A DNA stretch of 64,000 bases from Phoronis australis (lineage: Eukaryota; Animalia; Phoronida), in contig NMRA01000115.1 in assembly GCA_002633005.1 (NCBI GenBank), forward strand, positions 827,965 to 891,964, written 5' to 3'. The position numbers and the translations under genes are program-made. The notes under the pieces are model-generated. The model had not been told where the DNA came from. It was given only the letters and a program-made list of their open reading frames with translations, and made no database searches. Numbering within the stretch: position 1 is the first letter of the stretch; every line of letters starts with the position of its first letter. Below are positions 36,085 to 50,900 of this stretch, piece after piece.

Positions 36085-39000
36085 ATGCTGAACTTCTTGG
36101 CATGTCGCCAAACGGGGTGTCACCATCCGCGGGCCATCAGTAACGCGGAGGTGACTCGTCGCTGCTTCAGCCTTGAACTGAGCAAGTTTCGTGATGTTGA
36201 GCAGAACCATGCTGGGGGTATTAACAGTCTGGATGTGGACCCTGTGGAGGGGAGATAGTAAGTGATTTAGAAACTGTATGAACTGATTGTATAGGACCCA
36301 AGTGGAAATGCTGTTGAGTAATTGTCACTTTATTTTTGCTGTCCATGACTGTAGGGTACAAAAACATTCTCTGCTCGGTAAAAACGTTAACACAATAAAT
36401 TATTGAAAGGTTTATTGATCAATTTTTGTGTAATAGGACTTTTACCTTAGGATATTCCATTTTACACAACGGCAGGTGACATATTTTTTTAAATTTCGAA
36501 ATGATCGCAAAAATAACATATCTTGTTTCTATGGTTACATTGTGGATGGAATGGCGCATATACAGTATGTGATATTTATGGCTTTATAAACTGCTTCATT
36601 ATTTTATCTTACATTTTTAATCTGCCGATGTAGCCCTCAATTCACTTAAAAATTACATGTTCGCTGTATATAGGCAACTTGTGGATTTTTAATGAGACCA
36701 AGCTTGTTCTGTCATTTCACAAAGAGTCGCGCTCTCCCTAGATTTTCGTGTTCTCCTTAGATTTTGTTTACAATTTTCTGTTTTGTTTTTGTGAAACAGA
36801 GGTATTTTGAATGGGAAATGTGATTAATTTTATATCATGGGGTTGTGGTAAAATCATGCTATTGCCTCACATCATTGTGTGAATAAACTGGTGGACAAAA
36901 CTTCACCTTGTTCACGTATGGATAAAATGCAAAGTAGAAGGTGTTTGGAGGAAAACCACTGCATGATACCTGTATATCTAATCTACAGTCACTGTAACCT
37001 CTCTTTATCATAGCACGTTACTTGTATATCTGCAGTGACTATAACCTCTTTTTATCACAGCATGTTACCCGTATATCTACAGTGACTGTAACCTCTCTTT
37101 ATATCTCAAAATCAATTCACAGACAAAGGCCTACTTTGGCAATTCATGAGTGGAATTGTATCCTTATTCAATTATCAGAATAAAAAAATACTTTTAAAAT
37201 CATAAAATTATGGATATTAGTGAATAACATTATTTCAAACAGTTTGAAATCAATGGTTTGTTTTGCAGTATGCTGTCAGGAGGGGCTGATGGAAAACTAG
37301 CCATTCACGACTTGGAAAACCTGACTGGCGAACCCAAGTGCTCACACAAGTGTGTGTGTACAGTAGGCCATGGCCATAAACACGCCCACAAGAAGGGAGT
37401 GGAGACAGTTTCTTGGTACCCTTTCGACACTGGCATGTTCCTATCCAGTGGCAGTGACCAAGTTCTGAAGATATGGGATACCAATACTTTGGTTGTAAGT
37501 TTGAGTTGAAATATTCTTCGAACACATGGTTCATTGAAATTTTGTTGAGAACATTTAACTTATACCTTTTATGTTGATTGTTTTTCTTTTTGCAGATGGT
37601 GGACAGCTATGGGTTTTCAGACATTGTCTCTTGTCACACCATGTCACCAGTAGCTGTCAATCATTCCCTGGTTGCCGTGGCAAACTACAGCTCTCAGACT
37701 AAATTAGTTGATCTGAGGACTGGTTCAGCCATACAGATACTGAAAGGTCACAGGATGCCGGTAGTCTGCTGTGATTGGTCCACTCGTGACCCATTTGTTC
37801 TTGCCACGGGCAGGTTAGTAATGAATGAGAGGAGGTATTTCTTGCTTTTATCCACATATGGTTTGAATGAGATGTCAAAGTTGGAAGAAAAGAGAGCATT
37901 AGGTACAGTCTTTAAAGTGCAGAAAGGCATATTAGTAATGGTGTATATTTACTGAAGAAAGTACCAAGGTGTTATCTGAAGAGATTGTGGGCAGTCTTAA
38001 ACCACGTACAACGCTATCTCTGGAAGCAATAGCTTTGCTGTATGTTGTGAGGTGAACCCTCTGTTTTGGTTCGTAAATATGTCCAGTTAGTGTTCTGTAT
38101 TACACACATCACCATGGAGTGAATGGATTACATCATTGGAAAGATTCAGCACTCCTAACTTGATTTACTCCTGTTTGAAGTTGTTGACTTCAGTGGACAT
38201 AATTAGTGCCACATGAGGCTGTAATGCACTATGTAGTATGCACTGTTGTACTGCACTATTGCAATGCACTATATAGTCTGCACAATTATACTGCACTATA
38301 TAGTCTGCACTATTGTACTACGCTATATAGTCTGCACTGTTGTAGTGTGCTATAGGGATATCTTGAATTGTTTCAGTCAGGACAACAAGTGTATGTTGTG
38401 GGACGTGCGCAGTGCCAAGGGAGCGCTTATGGTGCTTGATCAGTACAATGGCGGGGATTATGGTGGGGGAAGTACAGCGTTAGGTAAGTGGACCAACCAA
38501 ATGCCCTGTATTTCACTTTTGCTCCAAGTGTTCCTTCATTATCGAGTGCATGCTCATGGTTTCTGTGGCTCCGAAACCTACAACTTCAAGTAAAAGTTAA
38601 AAAATTGATACGGTTTTTGTTAAAACACTGCCTGTGACCTTCACCCCAGACATAGTACAATCATTGAAACTCCATGTTAAACTCGTACTATTTGAAGCAA
38701 TAATGAACCTGTTTTCATCAGGGAAGTTCCAGTAAAATCTGTATGGGAGGGGGGGAAAGGCACATTTTTTTGCACCCACCACCCATATTTTTCATTTATT
38801 TCTTCAGCCTACCACCCGTAATTTTTTATTTATAAGTTTGAAATGCAACCACCCGTAATTTTTTTTTGTTCTTGTGGTTGACTGCACAGGCGCTTGAGTT
38901 TATCTGTTCCTCCATCACCACTAACGTCATTCATTACTAAGAAAACATGTGTTTCTTATATATGGTTATTAGCCGTCGAGAAGTTCGAGCACCTGTGGTT

Positions 39001-40273
39001 AAATGGTATTATGGGCATGCCGATGAGGAGATCGGAGGAAGTGAAAAAGTCGGAGCTTTTTTGCAAGATGCATTTTTGTTTCAGTTTTTGATTCTGTGCG
39101 GATTGTTTATAAAATTTACTAAAATTACCCACCATCAAACATTTATGGCACAATGAAACAACAACGACCTGTAAATTTTTATTTTTTTGAAGTACGACCA
39201 CCAGCCATTTTGAATTTAAATCAAACGCAACCACCCATAAATTTTTATTTCAGTTGCCTTCCCCCCCCCTCCCACACAGATTTTGCTGGAACAGCCCTCA
39301 CAAAAATGAACTTTGGATTTAGACCACATATCATGATCAACTTGGTCTCAAATTGCTCCTTAGTCAAATTAGAGGCGATTTCATTGCTTTCAAAGAACTG
39401 ACAGTTAATCCTTGATTGAGACCATGCCCTCTTATGTTGGCTTGTAATGGTAGGTCATTTTATGTGCCAAGCATACTTTTGAGAAAAAACAGTCAGCTCA
39501 TTGCAATTCCAGCCAGCACTTCTCATCTGAGTACAAAACAAGTTGAAACAGTTTTTATAGCAGGAAGCAGAAACACAGGTTTATAGTTGTTTTAAGATAT
39601 TTTTTTCTGAAAAATGTAAAATTAAAACAATCATTTGCCCAAACACATATAAGTTTGTAATATATGTCATTTTAGTTTTACACAAGTCATGTATTGTGTG
39701 CAGGCAGTGGTGGTTTAACTTTTGTTGTGAAAGTTTTGCTATGTGCCAAATTTGTCCACTATTCTTCCAGCAAATACAGCCCATAGCGGCCATGTGAATG
39801 GACTCTCCTTTACTGATGATGGTCTGTTCCTTGTAACATTCGGTACAGACAATCGCATCCGGCTGTGGAACACTACTACTGGAAAGAACACCCTCGTCAA
39901 CTATGGTCACTTGGATAATGATAAGTGGAAGAGGGTCAAATTTGCAATCTCATCAGGTGCGAATCCGGAGCTTCTGTTCGTTCCCAATGGCAATGACATT
40001 CATATATTGGATTTATTCCAAGGATCTCAAATTGACATTCTCAAGGGACATTACAAGCCAGTGAATGCGTGCGTTTTCCACCCGTTTAACCAGGAGCTGT
40101 ATAGTATTGCCAATGATAGGAATATTCTAATATGGACACCAGATGTAGAGACAGAGAAAGCGTATGACGAGTATGTGAAATTGATGAGCCAGAAAGCGGG
40201 TAAAGAAGACGCAAAGGATGGGGCAATACAGAATCTAGCAACTATGGACGATTGGAGCAGTGATGAAGATTGA
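36085..40273 (+). CDS. ERCC8: DNA excision repair protein ERCC-8 / Cockayne syndrome A, WD40 (408 aa from the conserved ATG)
   Basis: Exons 36085-36257, 37269-37494, 37596-37813, 38377-38483, 39771-40273. Translation MLNFLACRQTG...DVDPVEGRYMLSGGADG...WYPFDTGMFLSSG...AHSGHVNGL...NTLVNYG...DDWSSDED. Confidence 0.96.
36983..37100 (+). repeat. ~47-bp tandem repeat, about 2.5 copies
   Basis: TCTACAGT(C/G)ACT(G/A)TAACCTCT(C/T)TTTATCA... repeated. Confidence 0.8.
38222..38355 (+). repeat. 27-bp minisatellite, about 4-5 degenerate copies
   Basis: TGCACTATATAGTCTGCAC(A/T)ATT(A/G)TAC units just upstream of ERCC8 exon 4. Confidence 0.85.
38721..39297. mobile_element. PIF/Harbinger-like MITE in ERCC8 intron 4
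   Basis: ~42-bp TIR GGGAAGTTCCAGTAAAATCTGTATGGGAGGGGGGGAAAGGCA versus GGGCTGTTCCAGCAAAATCTGTGTGGGAGGGGGGGGGAAGGCA; 3-bp TSD TCA; internal CCACCC(G/A)TAATTTTT repeats. Confidence 0.85.
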
Positions 40274-41976
40274 TATTGTTTTGCTACCATAGTGATGGGA
40301 TGGATTTATAATTAGTGTGGAATTTATAAATGTTGCACAAATATGTATTTTACAAAACAAGTTCTGTCTAAACTTTTCTAGTCTTTAGAAACAATTATTT
40401 AAAATGTTGTGGATATTGTGACCATAGAGGTAGGAAATTGTAGTTTTCGTTGTATCTGATGATGGTGGCATCCTGTTGATGTTTGGTGCAAGAAATGAAT
40501 GCAAGACAATGAACATTTAATATGTGATTAGACTTATTATTCAATAGGTTGTCCAAACAAAGAACAAGTCCTATTTTTATAATCCGAGTAGAAAATGAAA
40601 AACAATTGACCACTTTTGTGGTATGAGGGTCTTATATGACATCTGAATGCATGCATTTATACAACTACAGTTGTGGCTTTAGCGCCACCTGGTGAACTTC
40701 AGGTTTTTGGTGTCCAATGCTTTGTTACCAGACCAATGCAGAATATTTTAAATGGTGCTCAAATGAAACATTTCACAAGGGACTTAGTTTTATCTAATGT
40801 AGTGTTAGGTTCTTCTTCATCAGGTGTTAAAGAAATTCTAAGTGTAAGCCAGTATTTGTCGAACAAGCACAGCCACGCCCTCTCTTATTCTGCAGTTAGT
40901 ATTTACCCACAATTTTGAGTGTATGTTGGCATTTTGCCAGCAATTGTACTATGGAACCGTAATTGGGAGAAAAATGGATGTCTCATAGCAGATCAAAAAA
41001 TTTAAGTGAAATTGTCAAATGTCATAAGTTTGTCGACTTAATATTGAAAAAAAACATACCCCGAGTCCAGAAATGGGTTAATATACATTTAGGACAGTTG
41101 TTGTCTGCTAAATAAATGGATTTCTTAAAATGTGTGCTTTGTACGACTGGAGTATGCACCACATTGTAAACTATATTTGTTTAAAAAAAGTTGTATCGGA
41201 AGAAATTCCATAAAATTTTGGACCAGCACGAGGACAGCTGGGTACCTTCAATACAGCCGTCAATTATTTAGTACTGTAATGGATGTACATTTGTTATGAA
41301 AAATGCATTGCAAAATTACTTGTCCACTGATTTAGCAATATATGGCAATTTTATCAGCCACTGAAATTCCATCTCAAACTGTAAAATACATGCAAAACAA
41401 ATATGTGAAACATAGAACAATAACATTTGGCATTCATATGAAATTACAAACATTTTAAAAAACATTTGAGAATTATTTCTGAGTTTGTGCAACACTGAAT
41501 TTTACTTTTTGAGGATGATTTGAAATACATGAATTTTGTTCAAACCTATGCCTTTCCATACTACAAGGATCCCTTACGAGACGAGTTGTAAACTCTCCAG
41601 GTCTGTGGTCTGTAGACACGAGAATCTAACAAAATGAAAGTAAAATTTTGTGCCAGGGAACCTCAGAAATGAGACCAGACAAATGCCAAATTGTTTTGCA
41701 GGGAAACTGGCAGTCACTGTATAACAATATGTACATTCTTGAGAGTTGGGCAAGAGAAAGATTCTTTTCTTGGCACTAAACTGTTTTTATGCATTGCACT
41801 TGACAAAAATAACGACACGGTGCTGTTTCACTTTTATTTCAGTTCATTTTACATTTACAATGGTTCAGACCATTTCCTATGCCGGACTCTAAAATGACAA
41901 TGTTAGATATGAACATGGATAAGCTATTTAATGATGTATGATGAGAGAAGATGACCAAACTGGAGAATAACGATGT

Positions 41977-44900
41977 TCACATGGACAGTGAATTACAAAC
42001 ATCCAAAAACCCGCCGTTTTCTTTGTCGTTATCGTGGTCCCCATCATAGAATTCATTGTTGGCTTCAATCCTGGAACACAGAAATATGGATAACTACACC
42101 ACAACTTGGTTCATATGAATTCGTATCGGACTAATGATAAATAATCATGACTCGCAACATCATTCATGGGAATCTTAGTCATTTGGTCAGTGATAAAAAT
42201 CATATAAATTATGATTGATGATAAACCACGGAAGAAACATGTATCAACTGTTGATATAAACCATTTGTATCATTCATGTGAGTTTGGTTTCGTGAAAAGT
42301 AACTAAGACTAGTAAGAAATTTCAACTTGCCCTCCCACTTCTCAATTATGGATTCAATTTTTGCCATGTAATTGATAGAACATCACAGTTGAGAAAGAAT
42401 CTCTGAAAATTATTAGAGCAACTAGCAACTGTGTACATATTTTTAGAGACCTTGTACTTTTGCTGAGGCGAGATATAGTTATGTTTCAGAAATAGATGAA
42501 AAAAGCATAAGACAATATTTCTGACTTGGGACTTAAGGCACTTCTCTTAAACAGACCTTAAGTGTTTGGATGTAATGGAAATTAATAAGGGAAATGAAAA
42601 AGTAACTTAAGTTTATAGCTCGCAATGGAGAAAGGCAGAGACCCTACTCGTTTTTCAACAAGACTGGATAAATCAACGAAAACGGGCTAAATATCATTTA
42701 AACATAACAAATGTACATGCCCTTCAAAACACCTCATGTGTGCTTTAACCATACACTTGTTAAACAAATAAGTTTACTACAAGTATGCTAAGAATTACAG
42801 TCATGTGCTCAGTTTTATTGCAAATTGAAAGTGCCCACTGATCACATGACCCTGCACTCACCTGCTGTCTTCATTGTGATTCCTGACATCTGGGTCACGC
42901 TCGTCTTCATCCAAGTTCTCCATGCTCAACATGTCTGGTGGAACATCATGCATCTGGACACTAGGGGCCGCCGCTATACACTTCAGGTTGTCATATACAG
43001 TTTGTTGTACATTTTGCAGATACTGAAATGAGAATAAACTCTGGTAAGTTGGCCAAAAATAGGGTATTAGTTCTGGACTGTGCCCGAATCATTTTGAAAC
43101 TTTAGGCTCACAGCTACATCAGGTGATGCTGTGCAAAAAGTAATATTAGGCCAAAAATAGCTTAATTAGTTATAGTCCATGCCTTACTTATTTTGAAGCC
43201 TACACCTAACAGCTGACAATAGGTAAAAAACAAGAGAGACTCTGGGGAACAGAAAGATCCAGGCGTCAAAGTCAGTTTCTCTCTTAAGAAATATCGATAG
43301 CTAAAAAGTACCACATTGTCATATCAGTTTTGAAAAAAAAAACACTGACCAGACCCAATTATGGTATTTTCTTTGGCCTTAGTGTGTTACTGTCATTGTT
43401 AACAAATTCTAAGTTAGAAAGATTCTGGGAAAGTTGTGACCAGAAGTGCGATTAAAATTGCAAAAAGAAAGAGCATGTCAACTAATATGTAGTATAAGAT
43501 GGAGGATAGCTAACATCAGCTTGGTCAGCTAAATCATGGCTCAGCACTGACAAGACTTTGCAAGGCTGCATCCTTTTTTATTAGCCGGTTATCAGCTAAT
43601 TGCTAACTACAGAATGGTTAGATGATGAAGCGATGACCTTCTCTGCCATACCTGTTTTGTATTTTGGTTGTCGTATTTACAGCTGAGTTCTGGATGTAGA
43701 GAGAAGTCTGGAGCAAAGTACTCAAAGTACTCTGTAAAAGAACACCACATAACAGTTATCAGTTTAATGGCTTGTTGTCTTTACTGAGCAAAGCGAAAAT
43801 TACATACAAACCTATAAAACCAGTGACAATTCCTAACCAGTGAACAATAATTTATAAGCATCAGCCTCATAACATTTAATACCGAACGGTAAAAATTCTA
43901 ATTGCTAAAATGGCTGTTCATATTTTTTAGAGGCTTACCAAATTTTAGAAAATGTTGTTTGCTAATAGCTACACAATACAAACCAAGCAAAAAGGCAAAT
44001 TATACTTTTCTGAAAAGTTCTTTTTGGAGAATTCTGACAAAAGGACATGTCACCTATCTGCCATAATGTGACCCAAACTGAAGATTTTTATACCGTAATC
44101 TTTGAGTAGCCAAAGTTTGCAATTGTCCTTACTGACTCGCTTTAAACAACACACAATATCAAACAGCTACAACAGGGTAACCTACACTGCAATGAATTAG
44201 ACCTTGTGATGTCTAATGTCTAACAATCTGCATACATTACTTCTGAATACAACACTTACCACAGTATGGTAACTCTGTGCTGACCTCGTCGTCTATGATA
44301 ATACTGGTCTCATACGTCCACAGCCGAGATACATTCCGAATGGTATAGCCACCTCCACCTAGCACCATGAGCGGGAGACCAAACTCTTTGATAAACTTGA
44401 CGCACTCCCTGCAAAGTCCACAAATATAAAGCAAATACGCACATTTTAGGGCAACATTTTTAACACTGGAAAGTGCAACAAATGGCCCAATCAAAACAAA
44501 CTCACTCTCAAAACGTCACAGTCTGTATAAGCACCTTGATGAAGCAAGCTAGGAACTAGACACACGAATATGCCTTCATTCACCATTTCAACATAGGTCC
44601 CTTAGGCTTTGAAAATGTCTACATTGAAAAAGCAACAAATAGGCATACACACATTTAACTAATTCGTCCTCACTGAGTTCATACTGAGATATGTTTTAAC
44701 ATGCACTTACACTTTTTTGTGCCACTCCTCGAAACATTGCTACTACTAACATTAAAAAAATGATTTCATGAGAAAGTAGTTACCAGATGTCACATTTTTC
44801 AAGTGATGTACCCTACGAGTCAATTAAAACATATAGTAGTGATTGGCAGACTATCGTATGAAAGGGTTGATGTAATAATTCAACTCAGTGCTTCGTAAGT

Positions 44901-47900
44901 CCATGGGGACTCCTCAGGTGAGTCAAGAGATCACCGCGGTTAATCTTTTAGTTATTTAGAAAGTTAGTTTGCGAGAAGGGAAGTGAAAACATTTGTGGCG
45001 TATCTTTTATTCTTTATCTTTCATAAGCTTCATGAACCACCGAGAGGAATAAACGACTTAAAATGTTGATTCAAAATCCGTAATTGTTTAATCATAAATA
45101 GAGAGACAGGATGTATGGTTGTGGCTTTTGAAGCCATATTAGTGTGGCCTGCTTAAACTGGACAACTTTGGCAAAAAATATCAACACTAAACAAGGGCGT
45201 CTAATGCTGGCTTGGTCAACTGCCTTTTGGTGATATCGTAATAAGAACTGCTGTGGTGTGACAGTCGACTGTTCATGGTGAGGTGCTGACTACCGACATA
45301 CGGATACTTGTACACATATCAACTTGGACGCCCTCATTTTAACATATGCAGTGCCAGTGGCATTTCAGCATACCAGGGATTGTCTATTTTCACTCTCTCA
45401 TCCCAAGCCACTTCACTTTAACTTAATTCAGAGTTGGATTTAAACATGCATTCATAGGATGACAAATGAATCAGTCAACCCAAATGTTGAAAGGCAGACT
45501 AACCCGTGGCCTCGCGTGGATAAGTTAAAACAGCCCAGTCTGTCACTTCCCAGTGAGTCAGCACCACACTGTAAAACAAGATACAGGTACAAAATAAACA
45601 ACAATTACTTACTACAGATAATGTCAACACACTGTAAATTCCAAGTCATCAAATCAATTGAACCACTTTTCCACTTTACAAATATGATACAGGTGATCTT
45701 GTCAATACCAGAATGAAATACAATCACTCACGAATATACACACATCACCCATGTAGTCATATCTGGTCATCATCTTTTGGTGTAAATAGGCCATGTTGAT
45801 TTATGAACAACTTCACAAGTTCACCACTTCAGAATCGTTTCCAGGAAATTGTCATGCAATGCACGAAAGCTTAACACAGCAGGGAGCTCAGTGAGGCATG
45901 CAGTGTCATTTTACTGTCATTTACAATGTACTTAGAGGAAGATAACAATCACCCTGCCCATAGGTTCATCCAGGATTTAAAAAATAGGATGCCCAAAACG
46001 GGTTCCCAATTTCTAAGCCATCCATGACCAATGAAGCGTGACTACATTTCTATGACTTCAAGTCAAATTGCTGTAAGAGTGTTATAGTGCGGTATGTTAC
46101 TGTTGCGACATGGTTCTGCAGTATAATTTTCCGTATCTTACATCATTCAGTTCTAAATCAATTTTTTTATTCTGGACAGGCCAATGAGTTCCCAGAGCTG
46201 CAACAATCTAGTGAAAAGAGACACCCATGTATACTTGTTTACTTTACTTGGGCATCTAAATAATAAACAGAGCATCCTAGACAGGTGGTAACATTTGACA
46301 CTCTTGACACCCTCTAGATGAAGGCCTGACCTTGCCCAAAGCCATCACCAATTCCACAGGCAAAAACTACATCGAAACAATTTTCAAAACTTAGAGAAGT
46401 GTACAACGTTGCCATAATTATTTAAACGGTTAAAATAAATGAACTTTCAAAAAATTTCCTCCAACAAACATTTAATCAGATTTGGATCATTTTACCTGTA
46501 ACACAATGGCTGAAGGTTGGTAAAACTGTAACACGTAGTTAATGACAGGCTTGAAGATTCCTAGGTAAGCTGCAAAAGAACACAGAACGGTGATCTCAGC
46601 TTTAGCAAGATTCGTTGTCACATTGAAGTAAACAGCGGAAGGCGTGAGTTGTGGTAGCAGCCAGGTGACAACTGCAATGTCGGATTAAGGTTTCACACCG
46701 CTGTAAGCTTATTCACTTTGACACGGAGCTGGTCAAGAGTAAAAAATCCCCACATTTCCAGGTTGACGGCTGCACCCATACACTTAACAAGCAGTCAGAA
46801 AAAATTTAGATATTCCACCTCGCATGCAGACACTCTCTCTCGCCTGAGTTAACAGAGCCAAAGTAAACACTTCCCTTTCAACTTCACATACGCTGTCTTT
46901 TAGTGTTTCTGAGCGCGCTCAATACAAAATGTGAAAACACTAAATATATTACTTTAAAATTCTAAAATGTGCTAGCTTAATGCCATAATTGGAATTGTCC
47001 TACTCTCTCCGCCACACAACACAACAGCTCTGTTTAACTCAAAACATGCTGCTCCCCTGTTGATTGCTTCTCAAAACTGGAAAGAGAACAGTGCTACCTT
47101 CAGGAAGCACTCGAAGCAATTTGAACATGTCCTCTGCAAAGCGACTGTTTTTCGGCTTGAAGTTGTAATCAGTCCCCAACAATAAATTTGATGGAATATG
47201 TTTTTGATTTTTGGTTACTAAAAACAAAATATTATTTAAAAATAGACTTTCCACCACTGAAATACGTAAATTGCGTTCAAAACACATAAATTTGTGAAAG
47301 AGGTCTGATTCTGTAACTTGTGTCCATTTCTGTAATCACTGAAAACTAGGGTCTCTGCAATGAGGAGTATAACAAGTTTGTTTTCTCACTAACTCTATTT
47401 ATACTTCTGTTGTATTTAAAATATAAGTAATGCACACTACATAGAAACAACATAGTTTCATTTATAGTCAGAACAAGCAATATTCCCTGCAGCTGATACA
47501 AAAGGACAAGATGTAAATGACTGCACACCGTTGTCCTTGGACATCATTTTAACTACTATAATGTCTTTATAAGCATCGGTATCGAGTAACTGTGACCTAC
47601 TTGTGTCGTCTATACCCTCCCTCAGTGGTACGTTGACTGAGTAATATTGACCATTCTCTGAACCAATCTCGTACATGTCACCTGGAATGTAATGGCAACA
47701 ACAATGACAATCATATCAAGAAACATGCTTTGAATGTATGGTGCGAATTGGTAAAACCGCAAAATCTCACCCAAACGACAGAAATCTGTAGCCTCATCGG
47801 GAGCAGACTAAAGTAAAAGGACAAAAATGAACTTATGGCTAATAAACTCTTCGAGAAACAAGCACCTGTTACATAGAGATGAACTGACAGGTGGGTAGTT

Positions 47901-50900
47901 CTCGAGCATCAGAAGTCACCCGCTGTGACAAGCGAACTTATCCAGTTTGTTCTCAAACAATAACAGACAGCCAATTGTCCCCAAGCCTGAAAATTGTTCC
48001 CAACGTAACGCTATCCCACTGTGGGGGCGAGTTTCCCAGTTTTGCTGACTGGAAACTTGGGTTACAGCCATGTCGTTATTAGTTTGACAGTGATAGCAAG
48101 GGGAGAAAGATGGCAAACCAATGTTTACACAGTCCAGCTCTCTCATTGTCAGCGTTCATCTGATAAGCTAACGTAATCCAGCAATTATGTGGCAAACAGC
48201 ACATTTGACGCTAGCCGATATTTAAAAATATTATTTCCAAATGACGTTCAACAAAACTCATGAAGATATGTTTTTTATGAAACACTATCACCAAAAAACT
48301 TCAAACAGAGAAAAGCAGTTGACTTTCAGAGAAATTAGACCCAACTTTCAACTGCTGATTCCCTTGTGTTATTGTACACTCTAGCCCACTTACTGCCACA
48401 GCATTGTTTACCAACACAATAGGCCTGTTAGTCAAGTTTAACAAATCGTGTTGTTGGAAATTTTCTGAGTTTAACAGACCGGGTGAATGGTAGTAACAAT
48501 GATCTAAGCAACAAGTCAAGACCATATTCATAAACCTAAGGCCTAAAAGCAAAAGTAAGTTTATTGATGGAAGGCAGCAATGAAAACCGTTTCTGCTCAC
48601 AAGTACCAGCCAGGGGTGAGAACTGTCAACTCTCGTTTGACTTACCTGTGCCTGGGAAGAAAAAGTTGCCATATTTATGGAAGGACACAGTCATGACGCG
48701 GTCAGTTAGATAGAATGCTTCTTGGACCCCATCGCCGTGGTGAATGTCTATGTCTATATACAACACCCTCGAGTGGTATCTGTAACGGAGAAATATCGAC
48801 ATTTGCAAATCATCATCTCCGGCACATGTGAGAACAGATAGACCAGCTGCATGAAAGGTAATTAGGTTGAATGCAGTTGCTTGATTTCTACTTACCCCCA
48901 ATGCTCTAATATGTTACTACACAGAAAGACAACAGTATGTGATCCATCACTCAGATGACCACTGACCATATTCTGCCCAAAAAGTGACTTTTAGATTTAG
49001 ACCGTTTACCTGAATAAAATTAGTCACAACTTGTTTCTTAATCAAATGAGAATTGATTTCTGGATTTGCCAAGACCGGACTGTTCATTATCCAATGAAAC
49101 TATAACCGTCATTTAAAGTGGCCCACAGTGACAAGCCAATATGTGGAGACTGGTATCAAGGAATAATGAACTGTTGGTTCTTTCAGAACTATGCAACCAC
49201 CATGGCATTCAATTGGACCAAGGAGCAATTTCCGAGACTAATTTCATGGTTTTTGTGATGGAAGGCAGGCTTGTTGCCCTTTAAAATGAGATTTGGCAAC
49301 AAAATGTTGATTTTGTCTTAGCTTTGTTGTTCAACTGGAAAATCCATAAGCAGATGATTTTAGGGTAAAAACAAATTAAGAAATAAAATTGTTGCAATAA
49401 CTCATGCGTGTATCTGTACATCAAGATGCTAAAAGTATCATTATCGACTGTTTTCAATATTAATACAATTCAAGTACAAGACAAGCAAGCCTAAAGATGT
49501 AACACGTTAAATTGGTTTTCGTATTAAACACAGTTATGCAAAACATGACATAAAAAACTACTTACTTCAAGAGTTCTAAGATTCCAACGACTATATCATT
49601 AACATAGCAGAACCCAGAGGCTTCAAACTTTTTGGCGTGATGTAAACCTCCAGACCAGTTGACGGCAATGTCACAGATCTGAAATGTGTTAACACCTATG
49701 TAAAAGCAAAACTACATGCAAAAACCTCGACTCGACACGGTTTGCCATCATGGCCAATACACTACGACATACTTTGAAAGCAACCATGTCAATTTCATTT
49801 TAATTAGTTCCCCACGATCAGCAAATTCCACACAAAGATAGGGGTCATGACAAAACAAGGCAACCATGAACACAATAGTGCAGATATCCTGGACTTATTT
49901 AGTCACATGGAAAATTAAGAATGAAGTGTGGGCACAAAGATGGCTGATATCCTGTTCAGCTCTCATTTCCGTAGCCTTGTTCTGGCACAGTTGGTTACAT
50001 GCAAGCCGGGTTCCCAGCAGTACGGCCTTCCTTATTTGGGAAGCCACATGCGTTGCATAGCACAATAGGTGTTGTTACATTCGGATTTAAAAAGGTGGTA
50101 AAGAATACACAAAACACCATTTTGATTGTTATTTTGCTACAATTCTGTACACAATGAGCTCTCCTAAGTATGCTATACGCAGCAAAATATGAAGGGAAGT
50201 ATACAGCATGTAGAATACAATTTGCATCAATGCTGTTACATTTACTACAAGCATGGAGAGTACACATGGAGAGTGAGCCTACAAAGGTGTCGTCGTTACC
50301 GTGCCGACATCAGCATGGAATTAAAAGTAAAAGACAACAGTGATGAGGGAACCAATCTGTGCCCACGTTGGGAGGGCCAGCCTTTCTTGTAACAATTAAA
50401 CCTCATGAGCTGTAATAGACCGGAGTAATCGAGTGTCTAAAAAAACTTTCATAACTTAATTCTGGTAAGAGATGAGCGTCGATCTAAATTGTGAAATTAG
50501 TTGAACCGTTCATACAGGTTTCAGTAGTTAACTAACATCGAAGTAAACAGTAAAAAAACGCTGTCGTTATCAATGTAATCACAATAGTAGTGGCCGCTGC
50601 TAAAAGCTTTGATGAGACCGAAGTTGGTTATTCATAATGCGCAGAAGCGTCGATTCTCTGCCGTTATATCCACTTGTTTGCTGGGAAGTGAACTGGTACT
50701 GTTAACTTCGAACCAGGACCGAAGTGAATCGTTCATACTGACTGCAACCACGCGCTGATATTAGTATGAACAGCCTTAAGTACAATAGACTTGTGAAGCA
50801 GACAACGAGAACACATCGTGTGTGCTTGCCTCATCACCGGTCGTGCCGCTTTTTTGCCAAACAATTCCCTGCTTCTGTCTTTTAGCTTACTGTTGTAGTT

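Noticed and set aside
37158-37166. GTATCCTTA U12-like donor inside ERCC8 intron 1
   Set aside because: No upstream exon and no U12 branch near the acceptor; treated as a chance match and as a caution for the SNRPA1 motif.
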